From Trichodelitschia bisporula (Eukaryota), in the NCBI GenBank assembly GCA_010356995.1, contig ML996711.1, forward strand, positions 1 through 64,000: a stretch of 64,000 nt of DNA. Direction: 5' to 3'. Position 1 is the stretch's first letter. Every line of letters starts with the position of its first letter. A program made the translations under genes and the position numbers. Under the pieces are notes generated by a model. It had not been told where the DNA came from, did not search any database, and saw nothing but the letters and a program-made list of their open reading frames with translations. Below, piece by piece: positions 59,615 to 64,000 of this stretch.

Positions 59615-61157
59615 TCATCCGGGATAGATGGGGTTGTGGCGTTTTGAACGATGTCGCGTTAAATGATCCTGTCGTGCAAATCTCTGCTCGCAGCCAGGGA
59701 AACCGCAGGCAAAAGGCTTATATTCTCCACCATGCACCGTCCGCTGATGCCGCCTCAGGTCTTTTGGATACCGAAATCCTTCTGAACATCTGGGACATTT
59801 ATGCTCTTTGAGCTTTTTGTTGCCGGGGTCATGGCGTTTAGATTGGAGGTGCTTGCTAGGCGGTTACGTTAACGACTGGTCTTTGACACTTGCATGAAGA
59901 TTGGAGCTTACTTGTAGCCGTTGGCATCTTTGAAATCCTTGTTGCAGTCCACGCAGTGCGAGCTGTGGCTTCTCACAGAGTCGGTCGGGACAGGATTAGA
60001 AATCCCAGGAATATCGTTCCCGGCCGGTATGTAGTTGTATGAGAGAATCGGTTGCGGTAAGGAATTGGAGCTTTCATCCGCAAAGGCCCGGTTGTCCTGG
60101 CCATGCGTGTTTGGGGCTGCTGTTCCCACAAGGTCTTCATCCGAGATGGCCGCATCGTATGGTGCTTCTGCTTCTACCTCATCGACCTGAGATCCAGCGA
60201 GGATATGAGAGAGTGAATCTCCGGGGTATTTCTGCTGATCGAAATGCGTTTCATGGCCTCCATTCGAGTATCTTCGCCTGCTCAAGGGCTGCACATGTCC
60301 TTGGTACAAATAATCATATCCCCCGTGACCAGGAGCGGGGAAAGGCGGAGACGATTCGGAGGCAGTATCCTGCATGGGATACCCATCATGTTGCTGCATC
60401 GACGCTGACGAGTGTGTTCGAATGTAGCTGCCGCGCCTCATGCTGCTTGCATTGACGGCCGGACGACGAGGGAAAGCGAAGGCTTCCGTGGTTGTGTTCG
60501 CATTGGCTTGTCGCGCCGAAAACGCGATGGAGCGTCGCACTGACATCGAGGGGGAGAGTTGGTCAGAGGCATGTATGAGACTGTTTCCTCCTGTTCTCAA
60601 ATTGGCAAAAGAGCTCCGACGAGCAGATGAGGTATCTGGGGCTTCATTCGCATCATGCTGCTGCATTGACATTGAAGTAAATCGCTGATACAACGCTTCT
60701 TGTGCTCTGTTTTCCGGCGTTAGAATTGGCAGCGGTGAAAGGCCACTACCCGCGGTGTCAGGAGGCATCCAGGGAGCATCTCTCATGGTAGTATCATCCG
60801 TTGATGGCTGCATGGGCTGAGGCGGTTCGGGAAGTTCGTTGTACGGCATAAGATACCCGGTCCCGAAGGCGTCGGCAGCGGGAGACTGGTAGGTGACGGC
60901 TGGATTGACGTTGTACCCATGGGAGTATAATCCCTCATCAGAGACAGGATAGCTGTCGACATTCTGGCCACCGGTGTTTGTGGTGCTCCCGGCAATATAA
61001 TGACCGTCGGCAGCATAATGGTCGTATTGGGAGTCAGTGGCGTAGGAGGACTCCTGTAATCTCTTGAAGAAGTGAGATAAGTCGACATAATCGGAGCGCT
61101 ACCAACCTGCTCACATCCACAACCCCCAATTTCACACTGGTAACAGAAATGCGACAT
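59615..61157 (-). CDS. C2H2 zinc-finger transcription factor with three C-terminal fingers, 3 exons
   Basis: Spliced fingers CVDCNKDFKDANGYNKHLQSKRH, CPRCSEGFRYPKDLRRHQRTVH and CGFPGCEQRFARQDHLTRHRSKRH; exon 1 MSHFCYQCEIGGCGCEQ joins the frame that continues into the 59908-60849 ORF. Confidence 0.85.
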
Positions 61158-64000
61158 TGGTATTAGATTGAAGAGGTATGATAGTGAAGGAAAGCCAGAG
61201 AGCAAATGATCCCAGCTACCATACCCATTTTGAAGCCAAAAGGTTACCAAGAGCAGCCTCTTGGGCTGTGAGTCGTAGGTTGTGAGCCGCAGTGCTGTGT
61301 TGCGCTGGCAGGCGTCGCGATGATGAGCTGTCAAGAGGCGGCCACCGCCGCGCAAGGCAAACACAATCTAAGGTAAGGCCATCAGAGCATATGGTGAGGG
61401 GGCCATTGGGACTTGCGGGCCACAGCAAGCGGGGCTCAGGGGAACGACGCTTGGTTGGGGTTGTAAGGCATCGCTTGTGGTGAGTGGACGGGGGAAGGTT
61501 CGCGGTGCATACGCCCGGGAGCGGCCTCCCATCGTCAAAAATCGGCGTGGTGGTTGGCGTGGACGTGAATAATAGGAGACTGAAGGGACGATGGGGTAAG
61601 CGCGGTAATCAAATCCCCGGAATTGGTCCTATTCTTTTGGCCGAAGATGAAAAGCAGATCAAGGCAACAGAAGGCGATGGGAGATTCCAGGACTTAAAAG
61701 ACTTGATGGGGAGGTGCAGCAAGACCTATCTCAGTAACCGCCGCGGCCAACAGGGGCTGGCGCCTCTTCATGCACTCAACGCCTAAACTGTTTAGCAATT
61801 CCACATCGTTGGTAGCAAAGATTGATGGAAGGGTAGCGATTCCAAGCATCAGTGCACCGGATTGAAATGCCAGCGCATCTGTCGGTGCCAGCCTCGCTGC
61901 GGCCGAGAGGATGGCCCACGCTTTATCCCGTTAAGTTGCTCGCTTACCTGCCACTTCCGTCAGTTGGGCTGCAAAGTGACCCTAAGAAAGAAAAGGGCGA
62001 CTTACCTCGCAACAAAAGAACTGTCCGGCCTCTTAAGGTCTGTTTGAGCTCGGTATGAGGAAGGGCAACGGGGCCGAATACTTTCCTCTGCGTTAGCTAA
62101 CAAGTTTACAGGGCATTGAATGCACACAAGCTGTCCAGCGGCCCAACTCGCTAGCCTCGCTGCATTGATGCCAGCTCAGGCGCCAAATGATGATAGTCGA
62201 TGTACGAGGCTGAGCCTTCGGGCCGAATTCCAAGGCTTCATTACCTTCCAACGACGTGGCCGAAGGGTATGTGGTTCAGTCCGCTGCCTTTGACACGTTT
62301 CTGCGCATCAAGCAGTCTTGTGACTCCAAATGCATATGGACATGCCATGGCTCCTGCATCTTCTCAGTCGATGAGGGTTGTTGCGAGTGCCATCCATAGG
62401 CTCAGCCAGGCATCGTGCAAGGCATCAACTCTGCCCAATGAGAGGAAGTCGTGGTGAGGTGCCGCTCCCAAGTTCGCCCGGAACAGAATACTTCTGGAAT
62501 GACCAAAACCAATTGGTCTACTCGCTCGGTTTATGTCGACTAGCTGCGGCTGTTTTCTCCAAAATAGGATTTGGGTTGCTTTCTCTTCCGCGATGCGATG
62601 CCTCGGCGTGGGGATGGGGAACCGGGTAGCATTCCGAAGACGAAGCCAAAGGCCAATCAGTCCACAGGAGCCCTCAGCACGGTGTCTGGCATACTGTTGG
62701 ACCAAGGACATGGACAAAAGTGAGAAGGTGTCAAAAGTGAAAAGGAGCTATGGGACGGGGCCACTCCTTTTATGGCCGTCCGCCTCGCTGGCGCCCTGTC
62801 CGGGGTATAGCTTCAAATCTGCGCTGTCGGCACCTCGATCGAACCGAACAACATTCATGCAACTAGATCAGGACGCGGCAGGCGGAATATAATGCGACAC
62901 CCTTGTCGAGAACGGCTTATGTCACCTGGCAAGCAACAAGTGTACAAGTTTGCCCCGTGGGTCGCTTCTCTGGGCCTCATATTTAGACGGGCGTGTTTGA
63001 TGATGTGGCAATCACATCGAGGTGGTCGTCATCGTATGGAAAGCGCTCTCTGGAATGTGAAGAGAGTCCGTGGAGCTGGAACCTGGAAGTCTCGTTCTTC
63101 GGGCTTGGATTGGAAGAGTGGAAATCCAAGGGGATATGGTGCTGAAATTGGGCAGCATGCACGGTATAAAGGTTCGTGAGCGTATGTACCATAGGAGGTG
63201 CATGATGGCGATATGATGGCGATATGATGAAGGAGATGTGGACGGCGTCGTCGGTCAAAAGGTCCGCAGGTGAGTTCCTTCGTTCTTATTGACTGGCCCC
63301 ACAAAAGCCAAAAGCACCTTCCCGCCGTGTGGAACTGTGGTCCGTTCATCTGCTAGCCGAATCAGGAAACGTCTATCGTGAGGCATTAGACCGCGAGATG
63401 CGCAAAACGGGCACTCTCTCTTCCTTTGCATTCAATTTTGCTTCCTGGGACTCAAAGAACCGAAAGGATGTCGCCATGAAGATTTATCACTACGGATGTA
63501 CCTCCGTACACCCAGGTCTCAAGGAGTTGCCCCATCAACACACACAGGCCGAGAATTCGCTCTCGAATCTGTGCGAGGCCCGACCGGTGAGATGAGGATG
63601 TGGTGGCAGGTACTCGTAAATGCCGCCACCACGGCTCGATGCTTTTTGCGGAAGCCTCATATTTATCCGGCCCGCCTTACTTTCCTAATGGCGTCCAACA
63701 TCGCCCCAGCTTCCCCTGGACAAGCTCACCAACGGAATCATGGGCAATTGGATTCGCTTGTAAGACTTGAAAGTCTTCCGTCAGTGATGGCATCCTTCAC
63801 CGGGTCTGAGGACGGGATGGCCCGGCTGGAGCACTCAGAGACCCGATGAATGTCTGTGTCAAGATATCACGAACAGCCAGAAACAGGCTTTGAGAATGAA
63901 CTATCCACGATCTGGATATGAAAACTTTGAGACTACAGGCATTCGAAGCATCTTGGGTGGTGAAGTGGTCCAAAGATTGATGCGAAAGGCTCTGACAAGC

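Overview
Eukaryotic DNA from a filamentous ascomycete (Pezizomycotina, possibly Dothideomycetes): GC-rich, gene-dense, with short GT-AG introns carrying CTAAC/CTGAC branch sites. About 20 protein-coding genes can be reconstructed across introns. Housekeeping genes: SRP receptor beta, HRQ1 helicase, ALG7, SEH1, MSP1, TIM21, NOT2, MRPL4, GDI1, ORC4 with AT-hooks and myosin light chain cdc4. Other genes: an SDR, a conserved hypothetical protein, a small dsRBD-like protein, a Zn2Cys6 TF, a secreted alpha/beta hydrolase, a LaeA-like methyltransferase, a secreted GDSL esterase, a GGCT and a C2H2 TF. The most unusual segment is 19.7-28.4 kb. It holds a dsRBD-like gene, a ~1.3 kb non-coding tandem array of modular hairpins whose stems show compensatory changes between copies, and a ~1590-aa disordered, repeat-rich protein that I do not recognise. 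No tRNA, rRNA, CRISPR array or intact transposon was recognised. Gene names come from motif recognition only, and exon boundaries were read by eye.
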